A stretch of 64,000 nt of DNA from Octopus vulgaris (taxonomy: Eukaryota). The notes under the pieces were generated by a model, which saw only the letters and a list, made by a program, of their open reading frames with translations, had not been told where the DNA came from and made no database searches. The stretch is taken from contig OX597821.1 in the NCBI GenBank assembly GCA_951406725.2, positions 110,918,001-110,982,000 of the forward strand, in the 5' to 3' direction. Made by a program: the position numbers and the translations under genes. Below are positions 42,494 to 56,791 of the stretch, piece after piece (position 1 is the first letter of the stretch; the number at the start of each line of letters is the position of its first letter).

Positions 42494-43139
42494 TGATGAT
42501 GATGATGATGATAATAATAATAACCCTGATGCAATACCAGACAGTGGCTCTCATGGCTGCTGATCTTAACTGATTGGAAGTGTTATCATGTACATTGTTT
42601 TGTCTTGGTATGAAAGATGGGCTACAGCAAATATTCTGCTCAATACCGCAGAGCTACCGGTCAGTTTTTCGATCTTAACCAGATGAGCATGTCCCTTAAT
42701 AGTCGATGATATGTGCATCTCTGATCACGAGCAGAAGTAATGGGTGAGCATCATAGCCGTGTGTTGAAAGGAATTCTTTGGGGTTTGAATAATTCAGTTA
42801 TGGAAACACGTCGTATGTGTGTGTGTACGCGCGCGCGTGTGTGTGTGTGTGTGCGTGTGTGCGTGTTGTATTTGTGTTTGTTCCCCAACACCGCTTGACA
42901 ATCAGGGTTGGTTTGTTTACGTTCCGTAACTCAAAGGTTCGCAAAGGAAACCGGTAGTCTAAGAACCAAGCTTTAAAAATATATCCTGGGATCGATTCCT
43001 TCAACAAACAACTCTCCAATGTGGTGCCCCAGCATGGCCGCGGTCTAATGATTGAAGCAAGTAACAGATAAATGCTACAAAGTGTTATTTTAGTCCCCCA
43101 CCCCACCCCAGCGCTTTAAAGATTCTATGAGAATAATAA

Positions 43140-43337
43140 ATCGTTAGCCACTACACACATTTTTTTCTCTCTTTGTTTCTCTCCTTTTTTTCTGTGTCCC
43201 TTTCTGTAGAAGAGCGTAGGCTCGAAACGTAAAAGACTTTTTTCTATTCCTGAGCGTTATACTAATACATCTGTTTGTTTTGTACACCACCTGTCTTCGT
43301 CTTTTGTTTTTTTGTTTTTTATTTCGTAAACTCTCCC
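43140..43337 (+). mobile_element. Penelope-like terminal fragment
   Basis: Hammerhead motif followed by a T-rich tail. Second copy at 39888-40071. Confidence 0.75.
43200..43235 (+). ncRNA. Minimal type I hammerhead ribozyme-like motif, variant core
   Basis: CTTT-CTGTAGA-A-GAGC(GTAG)GCTC-GAAA-CG-TA-AAAG: stem I CTTT/AAAG, 4-bp stem II, palindromic ACGT stem III, predicted cleavage after A43231. Confidence 0.65.
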
Positions 43338-44319
43338 TAATAATAAACAACAATGGCCTTATAGGGAAATCTAAATAAGAACGGGAGTCCTCAAAATGAG
43401 GGAGTTCGATTACATAAGTTGATTCGGATTACCTCACAAAAGCACGCCGGATCAACCTGACCGGCCATAAACAAGTACCACTTTCTCGGATCTTACCGCC
43501 AGCCTATAACAGCCTAGTTAGAGCAAACCTATTTAGCCCCTCAAATTTCACCCTCACTCAACTGGGAAAGCAGGGTCATCTTTGCTACCTTCACCTCTCT
43601 CATCATGGACACTTGGAGAATTTTATAAAGATCGGCCTAAGAGGAGAAGCTCTAGCCACACAATTGTGTCCTCTTGCAGCTGGATCCCTGCGAAGTTTCC
43701 TTCAGGATAGCTGGTGCCAACAGGAGAACGATACGCAATTGTGTCCGGTAAAACGAACGACTGAGAGGTCCCGGGGAAAGTTTGCGACCGCGATCTATTC
43801 TTGAAACCTGGAACAAGCGAAATGGGCAGCTCTTCTCCCGATCGAAGAGGCCGTCTCACAAATAAGAGCAGCGACGAACACACAGTGCCAAGTTGGCCAC
43901 TTTTGATACGCAGAAAATAATGGCTAATTTGTCCAGCCTGGCAGCGATGGCAATGCACGGACCCGGGGCGAATGTACGCTGGACGTATTCGTCACTTGGA
44001 GCGCATTTCATTCATTTTTCAGGTAGAGTTGACTAAACATATTCCAGTACCCTGCATTCGTTTCGTGTTTGTTTGTTTTTTTTGTTTTTTTGTTTTTTTT
44101 TTTGGGGGGGGGGGTTACGTGAGCAAGAGACTCCTAGACGTCGATGAAAACCGCATTTTGCCTGCAACATCATAACTCTAGATTGCAGACTGACAGTCAT
44201 ATGCTTCTCTGTGACCTCATTTTCGCTCTCTAACAAACGGTGGGTGGCTTAATGTACTTCAGCATTACCCTCGTGTTATTGTTATTGATGTCGTAGCTGC
44301 TATGGTATTTGTGTATATC

Positions 44320-44357
44320 CCCTCTGTGTTTGGCCCCTTGTGGGTAGTAAAGAAATA
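44320..44357 (+). mobile_element. 38-nt retroposed tail (SINE B variant 2 / Tx1-type 3' end) with 16-bp TSD
   Basis: CCCTCTGTGTTTGGCCCCTTGTGGGTAGTAAAGAAATA flanked by GGTATTTGTGTATATC at 44304-44319 and 44358-44373. Confidence 0.85.
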
Positions 44358-44427
44358 GGTATTTGTGTATATCTATATCGGTCTCTCCAGCTATCTATCT
44401 ATCTTTCTTTCTGTCTATTTATTTATC

Positions 44428-44667
<240 letters not shown>

Positions 44668-45399
44668 CAAACACACACGTAATTGATTGTCCTCGTTATG
44701 GATGGATTGTAGTGTTTATAGCACTTTTATTATTGGTGTCAAGGTGGCTTTGTCTCCAAACATCATGGCAATGTTTGTGTTTTTCAACGTCAGAGAATAG
44801 AGATAAGTTTAATAGCTGATGGAGGGTAATAGCTTTTTGACTATCTAGGTGACCCACAAACGTAGCTAGTTAGTGAGTGAATGAATGAATGAATGAATGA
44901 ATGAATGAATGAATGAATGAATGAGTGAATGAGTGAAGGAATGAAGGAATAAGTGCTTAAATGGCGGAGTGAATGAGTGAAAATGTATGAGTAACCCAGT
45001 GAGCGAATGAGTGAATGGATAAAGGAAGGAATGCATGAGCAAATGAGGGATTGACTGAGTAAATGAGCGAATGAATAAGTGTATAAGAGACTGAATGAGT
45101 GAGTGATGAATGAGTGACTAAGTATATGAGTAAATGAATGAATGAGCAGTGAGTCAGTGAATGAGTAAGATTAGTTATCCGCATGGTTGTCTGGATAGAA
45201 CGCCTGGCAGAATATATTCTATATCTTAGACTTCTGGGTTCTAATTCTGCCAGATTCGACTTTGCCTTTAACCCCACCCCTACCACCACCCCGGGGTGGA
45301 CAAAATAAAACGAGAGACCAATGAGGCATTGAGTTCGATACTATCGATCGCACACTCTCCTTCACAAGTTGCTGTTCGTGCTATCTTCCTTTTGTCTTT

Positions 45400-46040
45400 C
45401 ATTTGTTTCAGTCATTAGACAGCGACCATGCTGGAGCACCGCCTTGAAGAATTTGGTGGGGGAGGGGGTGCGGATGAATCGACCCCAGTACTCTGTTAAG
45501 CCTGTTACTTATTCTGTCGGTACCTTTTGCGAGGACATAAAGACACTAACACCGGTTGTCAGGCTATGGTGGATGACAGACACAAACGCACGCACATACA
45601 CACACACGCATACACACACATACATATATACATGTAAATATATACACATATATATATATCGACATGTGCACGTATTTACGCATGTGGCTGTGTGGTAAGA
45701 AGTTTGCTTCAAAGCCACATAGTTCCGGGTTCACTCCCACTGCGTGACATCATGGACAGATGTCTTCTCCTATAGCCTCAGGCTGACTAAAGCCTTGTGA
45801 GTGGATTTGGAAGACGGAAACTGAAAGTAGACCGTCATATATACATGTGTGTGTGTGTTTGGTGTGTGTATGTGTATCTTTGTCTTTGTTCCCCACCACT
45901 GCTTGACAACCAGTGTTGGTTTGTTTACGTCCCTGTAACTTAACAGTTCGGTAAAAGAGACCGATAGAATAAATGCTGAGCTTTAAAAAAGCACTTCAAG
46001 GGGATCCTCCAGCACGGCCATAGTCTAATAACTGAAACAA
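45400..46040. mobile_element. SINE family A: minus 3' half (45400-45600) and plus copy (45680-46040)
   Basis: Diagnostic family A motifs in opposite orientations. Confidence 0.8.
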
Positions 46041-46217
46041 CATTTAAATAGAGAGATAGGTAGATAGACAAACAGACAGTCACAGACAGACAGCCAATCA
46101 GACAGATAGATAGATAAAGAGAGAGAGAGAGAGAGAGAAATAGATAGATAGAGAGATATATAGATAGATAGACAGACAGACAGACACATACAGACACATA
46201 CTGACAGGCAGCCAATC

Positions 46218-46303
<86 letters not shown>

Positions 46304-46309
46304 TTATGT

Positions 46310-46672
46310 TAGGGGATGGACATATTTTTGCCAATTAAACACACGCACTATATACTTGGTCTTTACTTCAGCTATTATTAGTATTATTATCATCATCATC
46401 ATCATTATAGTATCCTTTGTTCTTTTGTCACCCATCCTGTGACCTCCTTAATGACTCCTCATCCCACGTGTCTCTTCTTTTTCTAGCTTTCTCAGAAAAA
46501 AGCCAGTAAGAGGAAACACGTGGGCTACAGGGTTGTTAAGGAAGTCACGGGATGGGTGGCGAAAGAGCTCAGACAAAGGTCGCTCAAATAATAATCGTTA
46601 TTATAATAAAGCTGAAGTGAAGACCAAGTTTACAGTGCGTGTGTTCAATTGGCAAAAATATGACCCTACCTA
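46310..46672. mobile_element. ~360-bp palindromic (fold-back) MITE
   Basis: CATATTTTTGCCAATT(A/G)AACACACGCACT, CTTGGTCTT(T/C)ACTTCAGCT, GTGAC(C/T)TCCTTAA and CCCACGTGT are mirrored on both arms around ~46490. Confidence 0.85.
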
Positions 46673-46821
46673 TGAATGCGCAACACCGCACTGGTGGATA
46701 AAATTTCTTTATTTATGTATTAAGGCTACCATTGGTTTTATGATAAGAAAAATATCTTAATGCTTTAACAATTTTTCAAGCCGGCCACATGGAAGGATCG
46801 TGTTCGTCTCCATTTTGGATG

Positions 46822-46882
<61 letters not shown>

Positions 46883-46883
<1 letters not shown>

Positions 46884-46901
46884 GCGTGGGAGTGGCTGTG
46901 T

Positions 46902-46938
<37 letters not shown>

Positions 46939-47158
46939 GCGTGGGAGTGGCTGTGTGGTAAATAGCTTGCTTACTAGCTACATGGCACTGGTTACAGTCC
47001 CATTGCGTGGCACCTTGGGCAGGTGTCTTCTACTATAACCTCAGGCCGACCAAAGCCTTGTGAGTGGATTTGATAGACGGAAACTGAAAGAAGCCCATCA
47101 TATATATGTGTGTGTGTGTATATATATATATGTGTGTGTGTATATATATATATGTGTG

Positions 47159-47231
<73 letters not shown>

Positions 47232-47485
47232 GTGTGTATATGTTTGTTTGTCTGTGATTGTCCTCCCAACATCGCTTGACAACAGATGCTGGTGTGTTTA
47301 CGTCCCCGTAACTTAGCGGTTCAGCAAAAGAGAATGATAGAATAAGTACTAGGCTTACAAAGGATAAGTCCTGGGGGCGATTTTCTTGACTAAAGGCGGT
47401 TCAGCAAAAGAGAATGATAGAATAAGTACTAGGCTTACAAAGGATAAGTCCTGGGGGCGATTTTCTTGACTAAAGGCGGTGCTCA
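46883..47485 (+). mobile_element. SINE family A with duplicated head and an 80-bp tandem duplication near the tail
   Basis: ACGCGTGGGAGTGGCTGTGTGGTAAATA occurs twice. TCAGCAAAAGAG...AAAGGCGGT occurs at 47321-47400 and 47401-47480. Confidence 0.85.
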
Positions 47486-47895
47486 ATGTCACTTCTTTAT
47501 TATTAGTCAATTCGTTAAATATCCGATTGTTTGTTTAATTACACGCACACACACACGCATACACATATGCAGAATAAAGCAGACTTTGCTCATTCCATGT
47601 GTGTGTGTTTGTGTGTGTGTGTCTGCGCGCGCTTGTGTGTTTAGTACACAAAAGAAAGCTACGAGTAATTGCTATTGAATTCTCCAACCAAAATCCTGAC
47701 AAGGACAGAACGCTTAGCGAAGCAGTTGCCAGGGATCTTTCACCGACCTTATGAATGAAGCACTAAAAAACCCCTTGAAGGAGGTGCTCCAGCATGACCA
47801 CAGTCATAAGACTGTAGACCACCACCGTCTCAGAGTGCACCGAACTAAATTCAGTATTAAATTGAAGAATGTTTCGTTAACTTCAGTGGAACGAC

Positions 47896-48310
47896 GGATC
47901 TTTTCGGTTTGAACGGCAGTTTTTTCTAGCGGTATCATATGAAATTGTCACCCATAATTATTACCTTAGTATCGATCTATTGCATTTCAATCTGTTTTAG
48001 TGTTAGGGTTAGGGTTAGAGGGAAGGGTATCTTTTTTTCTTCACAAATGTAAATAAACCCAATCTGTTTCTTAAACGAGGGACATATTCATACGGCAGAG
48101 AGTGCTTTTTAACTCAATAGACGTCACTGATTGGTTGAAATTGCAGAAATTGAAGAAAAAAAAACAAATATCTTACAAACTATAGAATTTTCTCAATAAA
48201 GCCAAGAGAAATAGATGTTTTATAAACACATTCTACCAGTATACGAAGTTTAAAAGTATTTAGTTACCTAGAAATTATGTTAAAAACTGCCGTTCAAACC
48301 GTATAGATCC
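47896..48310. mobile_element. Merlin-like MITE with 8-bp TSD and internal TTAGGG repeats
   Basis: 29-bp TIR GGATCT(T/A)T(T/A)CGGTTTGAACGGCAGTTTTT and TSD GGAACGAC at 47888-47895 and 48311-48318. Confidence 0.85.
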
Positions 48311-48705
48311 GGAACGACTTTTTCAACGACCTTCGAGTCAACGTTTCCTTCAGTAATTTATTAACTATATTATTTTATGGAATAATAATTTTATCCAGGG
48401 AACAATTTAAATATGGAATAATTTTTAATGTATAATAAAATTTAAAATATTGCATTTCCATACGAAAATTTAATTTAAAAGAAATTAAAAAAGACTTATT
48501 GCTAACTTTAAAATTTGCATTGGTTAATCAATAGGACTATTTGTATTCTCATGATGAATACGTCCATATGCATCTGTGTATGCATGCATGTATGCATGTA
48601 TGTATGTGTAAAGTTTTGTTTATGAAATTTATTCGTTGTGCATGTGCTTGTGTGTGTGAATGTTGGAAATTTGTGTATGCATGTGTGTGTGCATGTCTGT
48701 GTGTG

Positions 48706-48741
<36 letters not shown>

Positions 48742-49595
48742 AAAAAGTGTACAGATGTTTAATTCATTAACTTTAAAAGTACTGCTGCCTGCCTGCATAT
48801 GTCCATTCTGAAAGTGTTTGTGAGTGTGTGAGAAAATACGGCGACTTTTAATGCGTTTTCAAACCACTTCCTAACAGCAAATATTTTAAGTTTAAAGCTG
48901 TCTTTTTGCTTCTATTTTTGTTTTTGTTTTTGTTTTCTTTTTGTTTAGCCATTCATTTATTATTTTACTGCGTTATCGTAAAATTCAGACGTTATTACCG
49001 AAAAGTAGTTATAACAAAAAAAAATCTGGAATATGCTTTTTTCTCATAATTTTTAGAACTTTTCCATTTGTTGTGCCGCCAGTTGATGTTGCACAAATAT
49101 TAAAAGAACTGGTTAGAAATTTAATCGGCGAGTATAAACAACTACTTCGAGCTTTGACGACAAAGGTTCCTAATATAAGCTGTTCGGGTTAAATTTGACG
49201 ATTTTTTTATATCTGCTTCTTTTCAAAAACAGATTGATGCATTGGTGAACAGTCAACGGCGTTGGAGAGCATAAAGATTAAAGTTGAATGTTGTATAGTC
49301 AAACTGTAAGCCCCTCCCAATAAAAAGTGGTAGGACGCAGTCATTATAAATATACCAGTAGCCAGTCGACAGAAGAAGGTCAGAAGATCGAGAGTAGGTG
49401 TAGACTATGTTGGTAGTCGTGTCTGTGCTGATATAGTAATTATACTGTGATACTGAGTTGATCGTTATAACGATCTAACATATTGAGTATAATACCACTG
49501 TATGAATGGGGGTCGTACAGTTCCAGATAGAAACATTCTATGGACGACTTTGGGATGTAACAATATCTGTCAGAGCGACAACCGTCGTCAAAAGA

Positions 49596-49870
49596 CAATT
49601 CAATTCAATTCAATTTTTATTGGCTCAAAAAGCAAAAGCAAGGCCATGTAGGGGGACAGGGAGGGTGGTCATACAAAGAGTTCAGGCCATATATGGTCAA
49701 GAGAGATTTTGAACCGAGTGGTCGTCGGCATCTTCACTATCTCTTCCGGCAGCTTATTCCACGGATCCGCAACCCGGACGGAGAAAGCCCCTCTCCTTCG
49801 ATTGAGATGAAATCGTCGTAGATAGAGCTTTTCGGAGTGACCCCGCAGCCCACGCGACAACAGCGGCAAA
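49596..49870 (-). mobile_element. CR1-clade LINE 3' end with (AATTG)n tail
   Basis: RGHSEKL...RRGAFSVRVADPWNKLPEEIV...FKISLD is a typical CR1 ORF2 end. Short UTR and (CAATT)4 on the plus strand. Confidence 0.85.
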
Positions 49871-50306
49871 AGACCGCTTTACAACATTGTAGTTGAGAAT
49901 AAGTTGTCTGACATGGAGGACTGGAAGCCATCTGAATATTGGAAAAGAGTTACCTGTATCATGATGATTCGCATTAGGTATCAAAATACCGACATCATGA
50001 CTGCTGTTCAATGTTCCATGAACACTGTAAAGGCTGTAAGACGTGACAGAGACAGCGGCAACGGAGACTACAAAGCCATAACTTGCAGGAAGGGATACAG
50101 CAGGTATTCTGACTGCATCTACATACCGGAATTCATCCCCTCATATTTGAACAGGGCCTTAGGATCAATTCAGATGGTTATGTGAAGCTGCTAGAGATTG
50201 TGGTCAAACCTTGATGCTGGAAGGCCGTATGCGCGGTAGCAGGACTCGGCCCTTTACCAGACCTCCAAACTGAGACTGGTGAAGTTGAAGAAATTCTCCG
50301 ATATAT

Positions 50307-50638
50307 AGGCGCAAGAGTGGCTGTGTGGTAAGTAGCTTGCTTACCAACCACATGGTTCCGGGTTCAGTCCTACTGCGTGGCACCTTAGGCAAGTGTCTTC
50401 TACTATAGCCTCGGATTGACCAAAGCCTTGTGAGCGGATTTGGTAGACGGAAACTGAAAGAAGTCCGTCGTATATATATGTGTGTGTGTGTGTATATATG
50501 TTTGGGTATCTGTGTTTGACCCCCACCGCTTGACAACTGATATTGGTGTGTTTACAAAGAATAAGTCCTGGAGTCGATTTGTTCGACTAAATGCGGTGCT
50601 CCAGCATGGCCACAATGAAATGACTGAAACGAATAAAA

Positions 50639-50640
<2 letters not shown>
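50307..50640 (+). mobile_element. SINE family A with internal deletion
   Basis: Intact head and tail. Joins GTGTTTAC to AAAGAATAAG. Confidence 0.9.
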
Positions 50641-50685
<45 letters not shown>

Positions 50686-51084
50686 ATACAACTTGTATAT
50701 TAAATTTCTGTTTGAGTCTTCAAGTTTTAACAGTTGGTGGGGATTTTTATGGCTTTTTTATAGACTTCGCCTGGGGCGTGGGGGCGGATGATTTCAAATT
50801 TGAATAGAAAAGTGCGAAGTTCTCCTCTTTTAGGTTGTTAAAATGTCAAATACATAAACAGCCTAAAATGTGAAGTAATGAACGACGTACTGCAGTTACT
50901 TTACGCATATATGTGTTTGTGTGTGTATTGTTAATGATTGTTTTGAAGGCCGAGGAATGAAATTATGCTTATGATATTGGGGTATAAATCATGTCTAGTA
51001 AACGGTTTTCTCTGGCTTTTTATAAGCTCTCAGTTATAAAAGTGTCCTTTCTTCACGTCGGAAACGTACAATAATACTTTTACA

Positions 51085-52190
<1,106 letters not shown>

Positions 52191-52757
52191 GTACCTTTAG
52201 CAGAAGCCATACTATTATGTTTAGATTAGGTCTCACCTGTGAGCCATTGTTCCTTCTTCCCCACCCTCTTTCGTTCCACCATTTAAAAGAACTTGCGAGA
52301 GGTCATGGATGCTGTCCTTTTCTTTGGACAAAGCCGTCAATTCTTACAGCTTTCTCCAAAAAACAACGATTGTAAACGCGACGGAAGTAAAGAAAATAAA
52401 ACTAATATTAATCAGTAAGATCCATGGTTACCAAAATATAAATATCACAATCAAAGGAACGCTAATCATTATCAATAATGATTTCAAACTTGTTGCAAGT
52501 CCAGATGTTTTAGGGGAGGAAATTGTCGTTTAAATAGACCCCCATATATACTGGGGGGCGTTAAGATCGACTATCTCACCCCCTAAGTATGTAGCCTCGC
52601 GTCTTTCTCTCTTACAAATCATTGTTCAAGTAAGACCGTGGTTTTGTAGTGCGACGAACAAAGTGCCGTGTCTACTTCAGTCTATGTGGTGTAGCAATTT
52701 TTGCTGAATTCTAATTATAATTATGCTTATAATTATAGAATTTATATATATATAATC

Positions 52758-52973
52758 TTCTATTTGTTTCAGTCATTAGACTGCAGCCATATTCGAGAAC
52801 CACCTTGAGAAATTTCAACCGGACGAATCGACACCCAGTCCTTTTTTTCTAAAGCCTGGTTCTTATTCCAGCGATCTCTTTTGCCGAACCGTAAAGTTAC
52901 GGGGGGCGTAAACACACCTGGACCGGTTGACAAGCGGTTGTGGGGGACAAACAAAGACACACACACATACACG

Positions 52974-53032
<59 letters not shown>

Positions 53033-53279
53033 GGTATGGTGCATAATTATTACGGTTTTTTTTCAACAAATTTCATTCAACAAAAACAATAACAATATTT
53101 AACAAAAACATCTTTAAATGACGATCTGACCGTCTGCTAAGCAAATGGGAAGTAGATGGTGAATATGCTCCGGTATAATCATTTAAAGATATTTTTGATA
53201 CATGTTGCTACTGTTTTGTTGAATAAAATTTGTTGAAAAAAAGCCGCAATAATTATGTACCAACCTAATATATACATAT

Positions 53280-53327
<48 letters not shown>

Positions 53328-53512
53328 GTATGTATATATATATATATATACGACAGGCTTCTTTACGTTTCTGTTTACTAATTCCACTGACAAAGCTTTG
53401 GTTGGCCCGAGGCTATAGTCGAAGTTTGCCCGGGGTGCCACGCAGTGAGACTGAACCCAGAACCATATGTTTGAGACACAAGCTTCTTACCACGCAGCCA
53501 CACTTGCGCCTA
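52758..53512 (-). mobile_element. SINE family A split by a MITE inside its internal microsatellite
   Basis: 3' half at 52758-52960 and 5' half at 53350-53512, same orientation. Confidence 0.75.
53032..53269. mobile_element. Mariner-type palindromic MITE
   Basis: GGTGCATAATTATT(A/G)CGG.TTTTTTCAACAAATTT mirrored at both ends, with a TTAGGTTGG-type terminus as in Hsmar1/MADE-like elements. Confidence 0.8.
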
Positions 53513-54088
53513 TAGCGTTTCTCATTAGCATGACTATCTGCTGCTCATACACTGTAAATCGTTATCTAATTGCCGTGACAAAATCTCTGGCGGCCATGAT
53601 TGCAAACAGTGAAGCAACAGACGTAAGTATTTGAGAGTTTTATCAGTCCTTCTCATCTGGTTTTTTCAACCTAATTGTTCTATCAACAAGCTAGCAATTG
53701 ACCGCTAACGTTAGCACTTCATTTGTACAATATCCTGTTGGCTATTCACACAAGCACGCGTACATATACAGGCACACGCACACATATATCTTTTCTATCA
53801 CAGAACACTACATTGTGTGTGTGTATGTGTGTATACATACAGGGCATATATATATATATATGTGTGTGCATACAAAGGGGTGCTGTAAGCTCCTGGCCTT
53901 GCGGGAAAGAAAATGCAGGAGGATCACTTAATTATGATTTTATTCATATTCACATACTTATTGTAGCCGTCCTTCAGTTTTTCTAAAGCCCTTTGAAAAA
54001 ATCATAAGGTTGGGCCTCCAGCCAGGCATTTTCCGAGAAGCTAGGAACTTTGCGTATACATTTACATATATATGTATGTGTGTGCATG

Positions 54089-54167
<79 letters not shown>

Positions 54168-54524
54168 CTTTTAATACTTTTGATATATTTTTAAAATAAT
54201 ATAAATTAAATTAATTTTATGTATTGGCTTATGATTTTCATTGTTCGATTTGCCTAATAGTGGTTTTATCTCTAATTTAATATAATATAATATAATATAT
54301 TTATACTATAAAATTGGATTTAATCCTAAATCTGATTTTTCCCTGTAAGTTTGGATTTATTCCCTAATATTTTATTATATATATATATATATACACATTT
54401 CGAACTCAAATATTTTCTCGCACCGTCTCTGACAATATCCATAATAACCCAGAAACAACTGCAAGACTATTTCATTATAAATGTTCTGAAAACTCCTCAC
54501 AGCTTCGGATTTGTTATCTCATTC

Positions 54525-54576
<52 letters not shown>

Positions 54577-54766
54577 AAGTGTGGCTTATTAGCAATTAGA
54601 ACCTGAAGGCAAAATTAATAGAGGTCACAAAAGTGACGGGAGTATTGACTAACACCGCTTTTGCTCTAGATAAGAGTTAAACTAACTCAAAGTCACAAAC
54701 ACAGTCTTAAGTGACTGACAGACACAAATATATACATACAATACTTACATATGTGTGCGTGCGTGC

Positions 54767-54820
<54 letters not shown>

Positions 54821-54957
54821 TATCTTTAGTTCGTTTTTTTTTGTTTATTTTAGTGAACAGGGCCAAGAGCATTCTAGAACATCGTCTTCCACATTTCGTA
54901 TCGTCTCTGTTCTAATATCCAGGGACGTGGTTTTGTCTTGGCTCCGTTGCTGCTGTT

Positions 54958-55022
<65 letters not shown>

Positions 55023-55412
55023 TGTTGTTGTTGTTGTTGCTAGATTGAAGTTGAACATTGCTGACTGATGAGTCAGTCCGTTCGCGCTACTTACGATTAA
55101 CTTGTTCCAGATGGTTCCTCTTGAGCACTAAAACATATTAATCTGTTATTGTTTTACTTGTTTTTTTTTTTGTTATTAGACTGCGGCCATGCTTGGGCAC
55201 CACCACCATGTACAATCTTAGTTTTGCACGAATCGACCCCAGTACTTATTTATTTTTATTTTTTTTTAAATTCCGCTACATATTCTATTGGCCACTTTTG
55301 CCAAGCCACTAAGTTACGGAGAAGTAATCACACTAACACCGGTTGCCGAGCAGTGATGGAGGACAAACACAAATAAAAAAACACACACGCACACATGTGC
55401 ATACTTTTGATT

Positions 55413-55498
55413 CATAATCATTAGTTCGACAAAATATATTTTGTTTCGCTTATGGGTCTTCGAGAAACAAAATATATTTTGTCGAACTAATGATTATG
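55413..55498. repeat. Perfect 35-bp inverted repeat with hammerhead 3' half (Penelope-like inversion)
   Basis: 55413-55447 is the reverse complement of 55464-55498. The right arm reads GAAA-CAAAATATATTTTG-TC. Confidence 0.8.
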
Positions 55499-55616
55499 GC
55501 TGAAATGCTTATTCAGTCTTATCTTATGTTCTTCATTCTAAGTAGCCACACGCACACACACACACACATACACGCACCCACCCACACACACATACACACG
55601 CACATGTGCATACTAC

Positions 55617-56040
55617 TAGGCGTAGGAGTGGCTAGTGGTAAGTAGCTTGCTTACCAACCACATGGTTCCGGGTTCAATCCCACTGCGTGGCACCTTGGGT
55701 AAGTGTCTTCTGCTATAGCCTCGGACCGACCAAAGCCTTGTGAGAGGATTTGGTAGACGGAAACTGAAAGAAGCCCGTCGTATATATGTATGTATATATG
55801 TGTGTGTGTGTGTGTGTGTGTGATTACGTTTGTGTGTCTGTGTTTGTCGCCCCAACATCACCTGACAACCGATGCCGGTGTGTTTACGTCCCCATAACAA
55901 GCGGTTCGGTAAAAGAGCCTGATAGAATAAGTACTAGGCTTACAGAGAATAAGTCCTGGGTGTCGATTTACTCGACTAAAGGCAGTGCTCCAGCTTGGCC
56001 ACGGTCAAATGACTGAAACAAGTAAAAGAGCAAGAGCAAA
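55617..56040 (+). mobile_element. SINE family A, full length and young-looking
   Basis: Complete head, microsatellite, body and (AAGAG)-type tail. An opposite-strand 3' half lies at 55150-55380. Confidence 0.9.
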
Positions 56041-56362
56041 GAGTAAAGACTAAAGAGTATTTATTTCACATGGAACATGTGTATGTATGTATGTATGTAC
56101 GTATGTATGTACGTATGTATGTATGTATGTATGTATGTATGTATGTATGTATGTATGTATGTATGTTTGTACGTATGTATGTATGTATGTATGTATGTAT
56201 GTATGTATGTATGTATGTATGTATGTATGTATGTATGTATTCTTCAGTTATTAGTTATGTAAATTTTTCGTATGAGGAAGGAGTTGGCTTCTTACAAAAA
56301 TACAAAGCCACATGGTTGGAATTTTGGAATGTTTATAACAAAAACAATGTCACATTTTTATG

Positions 56363-56412
<50 letters not shown>

Positions 56413-56460
56413 TACATTTATGTATGTATGTATGTGTATCCATCTGTCTATCTCCATATA

Positions 56461-56791
56461 CAGGGTGGGCCAAAAGTCACGCACAAAATAAGTACAATAA
56501 GTACAATAAGTACAATTGAAAGACTTCGCCAGGTGGTGCTATTAAGTTAGACATGGCCTGGGCCAATACTGGCCAAAACCTTTCTAAGTTATTCTGAGGT
56601 ATTCAATACGCTCCGGAATTGTCAGACATGCTTCATTCTTTTTTTTTTTATATATAATTAAATAAAATATAAAGGAAATGATGATTAATAACTCACATAA
56701 ATGTAGAATGAAGGGGGGAAAATGAATATTAGTACTAATAGTGTAATATAAATAAAACGTCAGAAGTTTTGGTGCGTGACTTTTTGCCCAC

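Noticed and set aside
43345-44040. GC-richer unique block, possible exon or LINE remnant
   Set aside because: No convincing motif or splice pair in any frame. Probably a decayed element, but I cannot assign it.
49288-49520. Possible LTR with a tRNA-Pro-like primer binding site (TGGGGGTCGTAC)
   Set aside because: Termini and TSD cannot be defined, the PBS match is partial, and no internal gag/pol sequence follows.
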